A stretch of DNA of 61,076 bases, filler included, from Sphacelaria rigidula (taxonomy: Eukaryota), in the NCBI GenBank assembly GCA_964200075.2. It is 4 parts of 4 records of this genome, joined end to end, with 100 filler letters (N's around TTAATTAATTAA, not from the genome) between each part and the next. Parts side by side here need not be neighbours in the genome. Positions count along the whole stretch, not along the records: positions 15,296 to 30,490 come from CAXNAA020001869.1; 3 more parts are not named here. One strand, written 5' to 3'. Every line of letters begins with the position of its first letter. Positions within the stretch are counted from its first letter, which is position 1. Positions 15,454 through 29,903 of this stretch are shown here, one piece after another. A program made the position numbers and the translations under genes. The notes under the pieces were generated by a model, which was given only the letters and a program-made list of their open reading frames with translations, searched no databases and was not told where the DNA came from.

Positions 15454-18400
15454 GTTTCCGATCGCTATCGAAGCACTGCAGAGTCCGCGTCGGAGCAACT
15501 GCGCCTCATGAAGGAGGCGCAACTGCTGCAGGACCAGCTGAAACGCTCGAGGGCCAGGTGGGATGTAAGACATTACGCAAGAAGACCGGTTGTATTTCTT
15601 GTTTTTTTTTTTCTCAGAGCATTCTCAGCTAAGATGGTCGCATGGGAAGCTGCTAAGGTGGTGTACGGCGTTGCTTCTCAGGCAGGGTGTTGGCTAGGTT
15701 TGCTTTGTCTCTATGCTGCGGGAAATGAACAACGTAATTCCACCATGCACTGATATCTCAAAAACCGGAAATACATTACTTGGCAGGTAACTCGCGATTT
15801 TGCATGCTTCAAACACTGCCTGCATCGTGTCGTACTCCATTTCTCATAGTATCGAGAGGAGGGCTCGATACGTGCAGCAGCAGTTCTGTCCACGTTGCCG
15901 GACAACGCTGAAGTCGCGATGCGCTGAGAAACACAAGGGGAGAGTATCAAGCGCATTACGGTAGCAGATCAGAATGAACACTATGGGGCAACTTTGTCTC
16001 TCCCAGTGTGCTCTGGCGCTTGGTTGTAGCAATACAGTCGTGCAGCTGACCAAGAATCTTGTGGACACCAGCACTCTCGGATGCCATGACGTACCAAGCA
16101 TCAACGTGCTGATGGCTTTGTTTTTCACAGTGCCTTCTTTTGTAGTGCAATGTATGTATCTCTTCCGCTCTGCCGTTATTTTCTTTCCCGCGATGGTTCA
16201 CTACACCACGACTTGCCTGCTTGCAACACAGCGCTTTTAAGAGCGACACGTCACGCCTGCGTCGTCAGTGTGTCGATGTGCCGTGTTTTATTGTGCTCCA
16301 TGGCACGCCACGGCTTGTCTGATAGCGGTACACAAGTGGCGTTTACATCAAAATTCTTATTTCCGTTGTTGCGCCGTCGTATTGTGCCCCCTCGTGATGA
16401 ATGCGGCGACTGATGCACCCGCTGGATCTTGGGTGAACCGTTTGGGCAGCCTGGAGAAACTTCAAGAGGAGCATGGGAAGAGCATGGCTCGATGTGCTGG
16501 CTTGGAGCAGAACCAAACGGTACTGGAGGCAGCACTGGCCGCACAGCGAGCAGGTGCCGTACCTCATCTAGTGCTGTCAGTAGCCGCAATGCTTGAGAAA
16601 CACCGCGTGACGAAGTAAGTAAATAATAGCACAAAAAACGCCGCCTTATTCTTACGCCATTGCAAGCTGGCGTGTCCACTGTCGTAGTTTCTTGTCAGAC
16701 ACTCTCCAAGTCTGTCGAGCTTAATCGTTATCTACGTTGTGTTGTCGGGTCCTTGCGCTAGTTCCAATGCCATTTATAATGAAGGACAACGGGTATGTCA
16801 CTGAGTGGCGAGGCAGGGATACGCATTTGATGAAAGATCTGGGTCGTGTTGAGCACAATTTTACGACACTACGACCAACACGTTCGCGTTCGGAAAGGCG
16901 TTAATTGTGTCACCATCACATTGCTATTCGTTTCCTGTTTGTTTGTCTTGGCCATGTGTGATGTTACTGCGCGCGCCCAGACCTGATGCAAAGTTTGTGC
17001 AGTTGCATGATCTTGGTGTGTACTCGGTACTGTGCTGCGATAGGACCTGGTGTGCTGCACATCTTGCGATGCACTTGTGCGCCACACCTCGTCATGTGTG
17101 ATCAAATCCACGTGGCACAACACCCATCTACGCATATAGTACCTGCCTTGTGGTTCGCTGGTGATTTTCTATACATGAAACATTTCTTCTATCTTGGAAA
17201 TCGTGAAAAAATGGATGCAATCCTTTTTTTGGTACGTTTTAGTCCACGATGTCGTTCTGTTCGACGTCTCCTGTTCCTTCTTTTTCTTCAGTATGTGTTT
17301 CACTTTTGTTTTTCCTCGAACGCGTCTACCATGTGACCCCGGCTGGATCACGACTCCTGGGGGGTCAGTTAAAGTGCGACAATCAATCAATCAGATCAAA
17401 ATCAAAGCTCAAAACGAGCGCCGTCGTGATATTTTGGCCGGCCATTGAAATTTGTCTCACGGCGTGTTTGCTCACCTGCGTTCTTCGTTGTTGGACCCCG
17501 TGCACTTGAAGGAGGGAGGAAGATGTGCACTCCGCTTGGTTCACTGACGTGTTTTCTTTACTCTCATGTATCATGTTGTGCTGAAACACGTAACATCAGA
17601 GACGGAGTCGCTCAGGAGTTTGCTTGGGGGCAGTGAGGCAGAGGCCGCGGACCTTCGAGAGAAGGCTAGGAAGGAAAGGGAGGAACTTGTCACACGTCTT
17701 CTCAACGATAAGGGCAGGTGAGGCATCCCTATGTCGTATTGCTGTTTCTTTTACGTTTGTGTTCCATCCCTGTTCGTGTACTTTTCCTCTTTCTACTGTT
17801 TTCCCTTTCCGTCAGAGCCGTGGGCGTGCGTCGACGGCAGCGATTGGGGTGGCCCACAAACTTGACGTGTTTCACTGTCAGCTTACGAAACAATCACGGA
17901 GCCTCAGTTCTCAGTCACAAATATTTATGGGTTCTCGCCTGTGTGTTTCCGTTGCAGCATGCTGGAGGAGATGAACAAGATGAACGAAGAAAATGATGCG
18001 CTCAGAGCGGAGAAAAGGGAACTCTTGGGTAGGATGAAGCTTACGGAGGCCGGTGCGAAAGGAGGCTCTTCTCGATCATCCGCCAGGTCGCACGCCTTAA
18101 TCATGTTGATCACTTTTCCTGCGAGTTTTGCTAGGTTTGGCTTTAGCATCGACACACCGCGTTCATGTCTCATTGTAGCACACACTTCTCGGGGATTTGC
18201 AGAGTGATGTGGGTATTCAGCGATTCATTGGTGTTGTATTTATCCTCCAAGACCCTGCCATTTTATGCCTGACATGCTGCACGCATCGGGACAAGCGTCG
18301 AACATTCTGAACTTAACCAATGAAGCCGAAAGGTTTTCTTCTCTGCTTCGCCGCAAGAACAATATCAGTTTTGGAGTTTCTACTTGATGTAATGTCGCAC

Positions 18401-21400
18401 AGCTGCATCGACACCATTTGCCTTACTGACTCACCGCGATGCCATAGGATGTCAACTAATAGTGTACCCGCTGTGAGCTTCTGTCATGCGTCTCGTCTAA
18501 GTCCCTTGATCTGTACAAGTCCGCTGAGCGGCCGCACCCCTTTCCCAATAGACGACACTTTCCATAACATTCTGTGTCTCATTACCAGCAGTATATTGCT
18601 ATGCGCTTCATTTTTTCTAATAGGCAGACTTTCGATCTTCCGACCGCGTTACCCGCTCAACACTGCCCTCCTACGTCCACTTTTCTTTCGCGAAACGCTG
18701 ACCTCCATCTGCCCCCCTCCCCCTCCCCCATCGAACCTCATCTACTCCTTGACCCAGGACAACAACAGTGGGCGCTGACAACGAACGTACAGAAGTCGGC
18801 ACTGCCCCAACTTGGCTACAAGCACAAGCCCCGGAAGGCTCAGGAACGAGTCCCTCCTCGTCTCGTGCGGGGGGTGCTGGTGGCCTAGGGGGCGGGGGGC
18901 AGCAGTCAACGTGGGTTCCGAGTCGATGTTTCCAGGCAATAGAGGCGCACTCTTCCGGGATTAACGATGTCGCATTTGAGGTGGGGGGGGGGTTGTTGGC
19001 CACTGCGGGAGATGACTCCTACGTTAAGGTCTGGGACCCTGGATCCGGACGGCAACGAGCTGTGCTCAAGGTAACGGAGTTTGTGGAGCACAACTTAGGG
19101 GTGGAGTATTGCGCGTGTGAAGTTTCTTCGGTGGTGGTTATGTGCAGTGGGGTGTCTTTGTGTTCTAGCTGTATGCTTGACGGGTTCTTGCGCGGCCGGT
19201 GCCAAGCATGCGCGATGTGTGTTGCATGCCCTCGACGCCGTTGAGGGCATCGTCAATTGATTCTGTCGGTGGCTGTGAAAGTTGCGTTTCTCGTGCAAGT
19301 CAAAGTGCCCGTGTCCCGATTCACATGTCGTGTGGAAGATGAATTTCGAGGATTATTTTGGCACAGGAATACCTGATACTTGCAGCGGGATTCGCTCGTG
19401 CAGTCCTTGTAGAGTCATATTTCTTTGGTTTCTGGAATCTGACAGGAGGCCGTTGTATCACTCCGCATCATTTATTGGCAAATATTTAGTCTCGTCACTG
19501 CTCCACGCCCATGTTCTTTCTGAAACAGGGCGCCGCCCATAAGGGTGTGTCGGCAATGATCGCCGTAGATATTTGTGGAGAGCTGGTGTGCGGTGGGGGC
19601 TCTGACGGCAGCTGCACGGTGTGGAACGCCAAGACGGGCAGAGAGAAGGCTAGGCTAACGGGCCACCAACAAAAGGTGACGCACGTGGTGTACAGAAACA
19701 CGGCGGCTGGCCGCTTCCCGAGCATGACATTACGGTCAGCGTTTTGGTACGAGTCAAACCTTTGGAGGCGAGATACCAGAGGACGAGCCGACGTCGATCG
19801 CTGGCGATTCGCAAAAACTGTCCGCTTTTGGTTAATGAATAAGATTGGTGCTCTCGGATAGCAAGGTATATATTCGCAGTAGCGGCGGTGCTCGTAAATG
19901 AGAGGATTTTCTCAGCTTCAGTCGGTTATACGCACCGACATTGAACAGTAACCGGACATATTTTTTCCGAAGAGCGGCCTCGTGTCCAAGGGATCGGGGT
20001 CAGGGTTAGGTTGCCGTGCATCGTAGTGGAGTGGGTTGAGACTTGTGTTGTGTTATTGCGGACACATTCGCCCACGAGAGTGAGGTCCTGTGAGAAAAAC
20101 TAAAAGCGACGACCCCGGTTCTTGCGAATTTCTTGGAAAAAATGAGCGTATAACGAGGCCGTGTTCCTTTTGGTAGCTGTTCTTTCTTCACGGTCGGCGA
20201 TGTGGTGTCGACAAATCGAATCTTCTTTGGCATAACATCCAGGTCCTGGATTCCTGTTGTCAATATGGCACGTTTGCGAGTTCAAATGTGTAGATTCCGG
20301 TTTGCAACGCAGCATTTTTTATGTTCTGACCTCACAGGCGGGCGCCGCACGGTATGTCGTGGGCCTTGCTGGGTGGGATCGCATACGATGATGGAATGGT
20401 CAGGTGTGCGCGGTCGCCTTTTGCTGCTCGGGACAGCGGATCATAACCGGCAGCCAAGACTGCTCAATTAAGGTGCAGTTCTAAGCGAGGGGATATGCTC
20501 AATTTAGTTACGGTACCCTATCACGCTACATTACTCGAGTATTGTGCAATACTCGAAGCATAGTCCAATATTCACGTAACTCATGTAACTTACAATGATT
20601 CTTCTAGTTACAATGCTCGACCAAGCTGCAATGCTGAAGTTGCATCGCTCAGTCGAAGTATCGTGATTAAGTAAGATGCATTTAGGTCGGGTGTAGTGGA
20701 CAAAAAAGCAGACAGAGCGAAGCCATAGTACAGTGCGCGCAATCAGAGCTACCGGTACGTGTGCACGACTAAGTACGACTTTTTGCATGCGTTTCAGTAT
20801 CACGGGGGACCATTGCTAGTACGAGTGGATACATGAACGGACGTAACTCGAGCGTTCATGGGTCGATTTCAACAGACGATAGCTCGGATGAACCGCAAGG
20901 TCCCCACGGTCAGTGGCCAGCGACAAGAAGGAAATGCACACAAGAAATGAAGGCCCATTTCCTGAATTTCTCCTTTTGGCGTCCCTCCAATCCTGTATAC
21001 TACCGTTGTCATACCCCTACTATTAACAACATTGTTCCCCCGTAACAAGCACACGAAGTACGGGGTTGAACTAGCTGGAAATTCCATTCATGCAGCCGTA
21101 GAATGGTGTGCGTGTTTGATTTCTCGCCGACTGAAGTGCTTTTGACGCATGGATGATGGTTTCAAACTGAGACATCATTCCGTTTTTCGCCTGAAGCTGC
21201 CTCGGACTGACACAGTGCATTGCCCAGTGTATGTCCGTGCCCTGGCTCACAGTACCTGCTGAGGCGGCTGCCCGCAGAGGTATCTACATATGTTGTTGCG
21301 AAGCCGCATGGATGCAGTTGTAAGCGCACCATTTTTGCTGTCCATGCTGCTGCGAGTCTGACGATTCCGTGTCCTCTTCTGCCGACATTTGTCATTTCAA

Positions 21401-23141
21401 GTTGTGGGACTTGCATCGGGGATACTGGGATGCTGCGCCGACGATCATGCGGGCTATCTCGAAGTGCAACGCGCTGGACGTGAGCCAGACCTGGAAGGAC
21501 GCCACGGGACCGAACGCCGTCGTAGTCTCTGGGCACATGGACGGGGCTGTCAGGGTGAGGGTTCTTGTGCTGTTTTGTCTCCCCCGCCGATGTGCTGTAG
21601 CTGTGGTTTGTGCTGGTGGATGCGTGTCCGTCAGGATGCAAGCGTGAAACACGAAATCGATTCGGCTCTGACAGCTGGTACACTGTGGGAAGCTGCGCTG
21701 CTCTCGGAGGGGAGAAGATTTCACGTATTTTGCAATGGAAGCTGCTGGTTATACAGAAGCACCTCGCTCACTTGCATTTGATGTTTGACTTCCAACAATC
21801 GAGCGATATCCTGTCTGGCACATGCATTGGTACATGTGAAGTGGAGCGTGATCTGCATGTGCGCTGTAGGCTGCAAGACTCTTTTTTTATTCTTGCGAAG
21901 ATATCGTATTGGCCACCAGAGGCAACCATCCTTGAGTTTACCGTCCACCCTTACTTTCTACATATAAGCGCGTATTTCTACACCTGCTCCGTTTTTTTTC
22001 TTGCCGATGATGCATGCCTCTACATGAGATCAGTAGTGCTCACATTCTCCCGAGCCGTCTGACGTGTGACTGAGAATTGTGTGCAGTTTCGCCTCAACGT
22101 GTTCTTTTCTCTCTCGTCCGCTTGTGCGCGCCGAACTAACGGATCACCAGCTGTGGGATATGAGGTCAGGACAATGCGCGCATTGCCTGAAGGGACTGCA
22201 CCAGGACCAGGCGAGTTGAAGAAGTAGCATAGACCAGCTCGAGTCGACACAAAGACAGCCCAGTCCTGCAGACCTGAGGAGAATTTATCGCATTGATTGT
22301 GTTCGCTCAGCGCTCTATGATGTTGCTTATTTTGCTCTTGTGCGCTGCAGGTGACTTCGGTGAAGTTTTCGCAGGGAGGGCGAAACCTGCTGCTAACTAA
22401 CTCCAAGGACGACACGCTAAAGGTACCCCCGCCTACTTCGGTACAACGTGTTCAACTCGATATTCATTATTACTTTGATTTGTAGAAGGTACCGAAGAAG
22501 GACGCTAAGATGAGTTTTTAGAGGACCGCAGTTGAGAAACCGTTACCACAGGGGCTTTGCTGTAAAACTGCTGTGTTCAGATTTTGATTTTTTTTCGATC
22601 ACAGTACCCAGCGCGTCACGCTGTCCCCGGCCGCAGAGTAGCGAAGGAAGACGGGTCCATGAACGTTGCCACCACGGTCGTGACGCTGAGGGCCTCCGTC
22701 AGCGGACGGCTAGCCTCAACCAAAACACCCATGCCCCTCGCCGAACCGCTTGCACATTCCCGTATGCTGTGACAGCTCATCGACGCGCGCATGTACCAAA
22801 CAGTTGCGTGTTTGCGCCACCCCAACTTCAGAACAGCATCTGCTTTTTCGCGGGCATGCCTCAGCCCATCTGCCCAATACGCCGCGGCAGCCTCTAAAGA
22901 CGGGAATATTTATGTGTGGGATATTGCAAGAAGCACTACCACTGCTTCTCCCACAGCTACCGCGGCTGAGTCGGAGAGTGTAGGAAAGGCTATGGGTGGC
23001 GGGGCCGCCGTGGGGGGAGGGGCAGTGGCAGCGGTTTTGGGGAGGCATGGGTCGGCGGCCATCGGATGCGACTGGCGCTTGAACGCGCCAAACATGTTGG
23101 CGTCGTGCGATGCCGCGGGTGGGGTGCGAGTGTGGGGATGA
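15454..23141 (+). CDS. ATG16: Autophagy protein 16 (ATG16L-type: coiled coil + C-terminal WD40 repeats), spliced, 5'-incomplete
   Basis: Coiled-coil exons at about 15454-15557, 16400-16552, 17600-17717 (...REELVTRLLNDKG) and 17959-18086 (MLEEMNKMNEEN), matching the ATG16 ELVxRW..K....MN..NE motif. WD40 exons: about 18758-19070 (AHSSGINDVAF...GDDSYVKVWD), 19530-19675, 20404-20472 (VCAVAFCCSGQRIITGSQDCSIK), 21402-21554 (LWDLHRG...SKCNAL...SGHMDGAVR), 22151-22210, 22351-22422 (VTSVKF...SKDDTLK), 22776-23141 (LIDAR...FSRACLSPSAQYAAAASKDGNIYVWD...VRVWG*). Confidence 0.88.
17170..17402 (+). mobile_element. 3' end of a non-LTR retroelement/SINE with (CAAT)n tail
   Basis: Ends ...CCTGGGGGGTCAGTTAAAGTGCGA-CAATCAATCAATCA. 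The same terminus occurs inverted at 35322-35375. Confidence 0.7.
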
Positions 23142-23915
23142 ACGGGGTGGAGACTGCCCTCGTGGTATTAGTTGTCAGATGAAGTCTGCGCACAATTGTG
23201 TGTTCATGGCGATGCGTGCCAGTGCTTCTCACTGATTTTGACGTTTGTAGGCGTTTCGTCAATGTGTTCCGTGGCATGGGCACGAGTTGGCTATGATGCC
23301 GGGGTTTTGCCTTCTGGTTTTTGTTTACAGACCCGGTACTTCCCATTTGTATATAAACAGCTCGGTTGTTCTCCGTGCAGCATTTCACTGTACTGTGTAA
23401 GTTAATGCAGCTTGCTTTGTAACTGTGCAGTTTTTTGCGTTTCGAAAGCCCCCTTACTGACCCTTCTGTGAAAAGGTGACTATCCTGACCAGACCGACAC
23501 TCGAGGGATTTTGCCCTTTCATGAGCCTCTTTGCACGTTCTTTGACGAGAGGAGGTTTGTAGAGGTAGCCTTCTTCACCGGCTAGCGGTGACGATATTTG
23601 TGCACCTTTTCTTGGCGTGTCTCATCCGTGAGTTAGGCTGCCAAACCAACGATCTCTGCACCAGACTTCGCCGTGAGCTTAGGCTACTTGCTGGTCGCCC
23701 ACCAGTTTTCTATTCCCCCACCAGCTCTATTACTCCATTGTTACCCGCTTTACTTCGGGGAATTTTTTCCGCTGAAGCACACAGAGTCGCTAGTGTGAGG
23801 AGGTGATTATCCTCGACCCATATTTGTGGAACTTTTCCTCTTGAATATGGTCGGGTCCACACTTGCCTTGCTCTCCTTATTCCTTGAACGAGTAGCGCGT
23901 CAATCCATCAACATA

Positions 23916-24516
23916 CGAGCTAGGCCAGCCAAGAGTAGGTGTGAATCTCGCTCAGGCGACGCACGGCGCGATTTGGAGAGTTGGACGCTGAAATTTTGAC
24001 AGCAGCTTTATATGATCGAAATGAAGATCACGTGACTAGCAAAGAAAAAACTAATGAAATAAAGAAGTTACAGGTACTTGAAATTTCAGCAAAAACAAGA
24101 TAATGCCGTAAGTCCAGGGGAAAAAATGAGAATTGCAGCTGCACACGTGAAGTATCAGTTCCTTGGGTGCAGGAGGTCTTGCTGAAATTTCATCTCAAGA
24201 GTCGTGCGACTTGGGCCGTGCGTTCAACATTTTCCGTGACGCTGCTGCACCCCTATAAATCAAGTGATGGGAGACTCAAATTATGGAGATCATGAGTTCG
24301 AATCCCGACATATTCTCTTCGTTTTTTTCGTCCGTCGTTAAGGTTATACATTATCTAAAACATTTTTTTCTTTTTCTTTTTTCATTCAGCGGCGGTCCTG
24401 TGTGTCACCAGGTTGGTCTACACTTCACAGTGATATGTTTACATCGGGTTCATTCGGGAAACTGGGGAAGCTGCGGTGTGAGCAAGTTTAAGCAACTTTT
24501 AAGCTGGCCCAGCTCG
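23916..24516. mobile_element. ~600-bp MITE, TA target-site duplication, copy 2
   Basis: TA|CGAGCTAGGCCAGCC...GCTGGCCCAGCTCG|TA, with internal sequence homologous to 8658-9260. It lies between the convergent ATG16 and PFDN5 3' ends. Confidence 0.9.
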
Positions 24517-25028
24517 TATATATTCGATGTTTTGGGTTGCTTGTGATGCACCGGTGCTAAAAAAAAATCGTGAGACGGAACGCTCGTGCGAGGTGAGCTC
24601 TCTGAGAGAAGTACGCATCATTTGTTGCGAGCGCGCCCATCTAGGGATGGCTTGCCTACGCGTGTGTCGGCAATACATGCGGTCTCTTTTGTTGTCTTTG
24701 CTCCCCAGATGCGCCGTCGCGTGCAGATCGCCTACGAGGAAACACATGAAATGGCTACACGAGGACGAATAACGCCAAAAGTATATGCGTCGTAAATTTT
24801 GCCAGCTCCAGCCCCTGAATTGTTCCCGGGCTGAACAAAAGACAGAACCACAATCGCTGGCCGAAGTTTTTTGGATATATTTCACCTACAAATACAGCCG
24901 TTGCACCCCGCATACTCGCACCCTGTAGAACACCACAGTTCACTGTGCCTCCCATTGCACATACCGTCTTGAGCCCCGTACAGCTGTTTCTCCGAATTAT
25001 TCTCATGAATCATTGGTATGAGTGGATC

Positions 25029-25825
25029 TCACGCCTTAGTTCCTTCCATTTCCGCAGCGCCCTTAAACTCCGCCCGTCTTGTTTCAATCTCCCCAATCTT
25101 TCTCCTCATAACCATAACAATTGTTTCTAAATTCTTCCGCTTCTGGTCGATAGCATTCCGGAGAGACTCCAAGTTTGTCGTTACCACCGCTTTCTGAGAA
25201 GGACAAGGCACGAGCGGGGGGAGGCAAACCGGGTTGAACGCTCAGATGTGAAACACCCAATGTGTCTGCAGTTCGTCTGTTGCGCATTCAAGGGGGCTGT
25301 TGTGTTGAACTGCGCAGCCCTGCCTAGATGACCGCGATCGGCAACCAGAATGCACAACAAGCCGGTGCCGAGCCGTGCAAGTGGAGCAAGACACACGCAA
25401 AAAACCGCATGGGTGTAGTAGATACCGTGAAAAGCATGTGACCGCGAGTTTACAAAAAAACGATGTTGACGGCCCAGGGGATGACGTAAAGATTCAATGC
25501 TCGATAATAAGTTGCAAGGTGTGGAGCAGGTACCGATGGAGAAACGGGTAAACCTCTTGACACCACGGAGTGATCTCGAGGAGAGAGGGGGGTTAGCTGT
25601 TCCAGCGGTCAGTCGTGCAGGTGGCATTTTCTTCGCCTCGCTATTTTGGAGGGTTCGGATTAGTTATTTTGAAGAAAGACGCAACGCCCACATAAAAACG
25701 GGGGGGGGGGGGGGGGGGGGGGGCGGGGCCCGGGGGGCCGGGGGCGGGCACAGGAAAAAAGGNNNNNNNNNNCGTTGTGAGGTGTGGGTGGGGTTGTGAG
25801 TTGGAGAGGGGGGACGACGCGCCAG

Positions 25826-25863
<38 letters not shown>

Positions 25864-28217
25864 GGGCCCGCTGGGCCGTTGCCAGGAACCAGTACAATCG
25901 GTAAGGTACCGTAAAGAGTACAGTGTAGTACGCTACAACCATATTCGATGGGTGGAGGCCACTGTTAGCCATGATCATGGCAACATCGCATGATATGGAT
26001 GTGTCGCGGGTGGGGCCGTTGCGCTGACGGAGCCCTCGGCAGATACAGCTGCGCCTATGCTGTGTGTAATAGACGCCCCAAAAAGTTCAACGTGCCCGCG
26101 CGACCATGCACAAAAACCGATCCACTTGCCATACTACATGAAAGAAAGGTTATACTTCTGTTTAATCTATTGCAGCGCGCAGAGTTAATGAAAGGAATAT
26201 TCACGCATGCACTCGTCATACTCCAAATGTCCACGGTAACGGTCAAGCTGGATCCTCGGAACTGAAAGCCGTGGCACCCAAGGAGTTATCTGTGTGACCG
26301 CCAGGATGGGCCATGTGAACTGTCGTCATTCTTCAAGTGAAAATGATGCCGACCCAGCAGGTGACCAACGTTGGACATCACGGGGTTACAAACAAGACGA
26401 AACAAAAAAAAACTAGGGCAGAGAGGTAAAGGTGACTAGAGAGTAGTAAGTATATCGATGAGCGCACACCTTTCTCTCCAAAAACTCCTTGGTTTTGGGT
26501 TGATCCTTCTCCACGTAGTAGCCCGTGCCGATATCCACCATCATCTTGTCTGCTTCGACGATTTTTCCTGGTACATATAACGACTGCGTCAAGGGAACCT
26601 GTTTTTACGAGGGGCACAAGAAACGAAGACCACGGCACTCAGTAGTACGCATAGCCTGCCGAAGATGAACACCTCCTCATGGAACAAACAACGCAAAATA
26701 GCAGCAACACGTCTGAAAAAAAATCTCTCCTGCAGTCAGCACACGTTGCAAAGTAAGACCACAAGGTTCACACCTAACAAGATCACTGAGCAGTGCTTCT
26801 AGATGTGATGAGGGGTCGATGGGGCGTCTATGACGAGCATACACGTCCCGAGCATTGCTTGCTAAACTGTGTGAGACGCGACGCCATGATACGCATTTTC
26901 GCGGACGTCCGCAAGGACTGAATTACAAGACAAGACTCAACATCGGCGTCGGGAGACCCCTGCATCGAAAAAAATGAAAAATTAAGAACAAGAGGGTGTA
27001 GTGCATTAATTGCAAGAACCTCTGGCCAAGCGCAATGTAGTACTCACAAGGATCTCCTTATCTTCCACTTTACTACTTAATGCCTCCACGGCCGAGATGG
27101 ACTCCGAGAAGCGAGCCTGGTAGCAAGCGCCAAGGAACACCAACAGGGAAGCGTCACATCACGTCCGTAGTTTCAGCGAGGCAGTGTGAGTAACTTGCGA
27201 TGCTCGCGCGACGCCTACAGTTGTACTCTACAAAACGACAGGGATGCGTTCGTGGCCGCGACACACTTTCAGCGAGCTGCAAGGGGAGCTGAGGGTGTAC
27301 CTTGTGAAGATGTCACAATAATCACGCAGCCACTCAGTCAGCGCTGAAAACAGTCGCGGGATTCGATTCTCTTCATGACCGTTCTTGGGCGAGTTTTTCA
27401 TGATGGAAAACGTAGAATAGCACGCCGCCGTGATCTGGTGCACATGCGCTAGGCCAGAATGAGCACAATAAATCCTACATAGAAGCAGTGTTGATTACAG
27501 GGATGACAACCCTTGGGCGAAAAAATATAGGCTTAACTGCGACACCGCAGTTAACTTTTGTTGAGACGTCATCATTTTTGCTGAACCATTCACTGAGCCA
27601 CTCAGTCAGCGTTGACTGTTTGACTTAGTGGTTGTCGTGGCAAACATACTCGTTGCCAGTAGGAACCGATAGAGGATGCAACGCAGGTCTACGGTCACCC
27701 AGCACACAATGTGCTGCGCCGAATGCACTGCAAGTCGAACAGTCACTTAGATCACCCCCTATGTCTCCGGGCTGAAATGATCAACATAGCCACTATTATA
27801 CGAGGGACACAATTGCCCTTCTCCCCGAATAGAGTTTTCACTTGACGCCTGGGAGAACCGGTTGACGGAAAACCTGTGCCGATGGCCCGAATGATTCATA
27901 ATGTAGTGGTTCTCCTGGCCCAACCGCCACTTCTTCGTACTTCACTACTCGATCGACAAAGCTGGCGATATCATGCAGAGTAGCACGCGTATCCCCATCG
28001 AGGAAATTGGGGGGACGCAGCGTGCTAGCATTTACTGTACACAAGATGCTCGCGCTGAATCTGGCCCACCGTAGACATGTACCTGTGCGTCTCTGAGCTT
28101 GACAAAGTTACCCGTCAAAGCCTGCACCTCCTCTTCATTCTGGGTCTTCATCTGATTCAACTGTTCCAAAGATAGCACCGACAGATCGATACCCTGTTGA
28201 CCCCCAGCGGCTGCCAT
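25029..28217 (-). CDS. PFDN5: Prefoldin subunit 5 (alpha-type), complete, 4 exons, 165 aa
   Basis: Exons 28217-28083 (MAAAGGQQGIDLSVLSLEQLNQMKTQNEEEVQALTGNFVKLRDAQ), 27116-27048 (ARFSESISAVEALSSKVEDKEIL), 26598-26470 (VPLTQSLYVPGKIVEADKMMVDIGTGYYVEK...FLERK), 25193-25029 (KAVVTTNLESL...EGTKA*). All introns are phase-0 GT-AG. The LVPLTxSLYVPG and VDIGTGYYVEK motifs are diagnostic. Confidence 0.97.
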
Positions 28218-29253
28218 TGTCCTCGCCGGTTTCGAAATCTTTCTCCGAGAATTTTCCTTCTGTTGCAACAAAGGGCCGGTTGTCCCGCTGGTGCTGCTTC
28301 TTCCGTCACGTGAAGCAGGAAAGATGATTTTTGTGAGTGAATGTGAATGCGTGTACAGGCGAGATGAGCTAAAGCATGGTTGCTTAGTGATTTTGGTTGC
28401 GTGCGAACATGCATGATCGACTCTGACAACCGGGTGTCACACCACCAACGAGACTAAGTAAATCTGCATTGGGGACACCCGGTCGATGCCAGTAGGGCGC
28501 CCAGCTTGCGTACTGATCTGATCGTTGTTCTGTTAAATGCCAAGGCGGTGACTTCTTGACATTTAAGTTTACGTTGGCTTTACAAACCTTCTCGGCTGCA
28601 GTAGCCATTGTAGCTTTGTTGGTCGACCTAGTTCGCATTAGCGTAGCGAGTTAGGATGGTCCGCAAAAGGAGGTCCTTCTCAGACAAGGGTGTCGTTTGT
28701 GCTGTCAATACCCCGAATCGACATTGAGTGCCTCCAACCAAATCTGTGAAGATCTGTACCCACAGCACGGTACAGTCGTGCAGAATGCTGGTGTGAGCGC
28801 AAAGCACAGGATTTTGGCACCTTACGCAAGGTTTTGCAAAGATCTAGAGTGCCGCACTTCTTTGTAATCGACGATTTATTCGGCACGACGTGATTCGTGG
28901 GGTGAAAAAGCGCTAGCTAGATCATCGTATCATGCAGATTCGAGGACCAAATCGACGAAAGAGCCATCTGTCGACCAGTTTGTGCACCAACCTAGATATT
29001 TCTGCGAGACTTGAAAGCTTTAACTCATGGTAGTGTGGCCAAAAATATCCATGACAACAGTAAAACGTACTTTTTGGTACCTGCGGTGAGGTTCCTCTCG
29101 CCCCCTAGCTGTTGAAAGGTCGGACAGTGTCGTGAGAAGGGCGTGCCTGGAAAATAACCTTCTCCTGGGCATGCTGGAAAACGACCAAAAACATGCCAAG
29201 ATCCGCACCGTTCACAGCTCCGAACCGTGAGCAGTGTACACATAGATGGAATC

Positions 29254-29580
29254 ATGGGAGTAGCGAACTACAGCAGTAGAATGCAGCTGATCATAGCCAC
29301 TTGTGCGCTGATCACGACACCGGTAGCCGATGCTTTCGTTGTTGGTGCTGGAGAAGTTACTGCCAGTGGAACCTGTCGACCACAGCGCATGTGCCACAAG
29401 AGCTCGCTATCTTTGACTGCGCCATCCAGTCGCCGTCGTGGCCATCGTGTAGTGCCAGGTGTCACGAGGGTTGCATGCAGCAGCAGACCAGATGCCGGGA
29501 GAAATACGGAGACTCCGTCGGCAGAGAACCCGGATGTCAATCTAGACCTCGAAACTCCCAGAGATATCAATGAGCTGGAG
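29254..29580 (+). CDS. First exon of a probable plastid-targeted protein of unknown function (3'-incomplete)
   Basis: MGVANYSSRMQLIIATCALITTPVADA-FVVG...: hydrophobic signal peptide, AxA-F cleavage motif, then a Ser/Arg-rich transit-like segment. It ends at GAG|GTGTG. Transcribed divergently from PFDN5, about 1 kb away. Confidence 0.65.
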
Positions 29581-29903
29581 GTGTGTTTTGCCTGTGTGAT
29601 GCGATCGGTTTGCATTTTTCCCCAGATGATGGAGCGTAGCACCCCCCTCCCTCCTATGAGTTTTCGATATCATTCTTGTCGAGAGGTCCGTCGAGCACGC
29701 AATTGCAGTGTCCCTGGATGCGAAGGATTCAAGACCCGTCATTTTTTCCCTGTAAACACGATCTCCCAGGGAAGGGGAACACGAATTACTGAGAAGAAAC
29801 AGGGTTGAAAAGCGAGGGGGGGTGATTCTCCGCTGTGTCTTGGACACCTCCAGTCGAGTCGAGCCCTGTCTATTCCGTGCTGCTGTTCTGTGCAAGATGT
29901 TAA

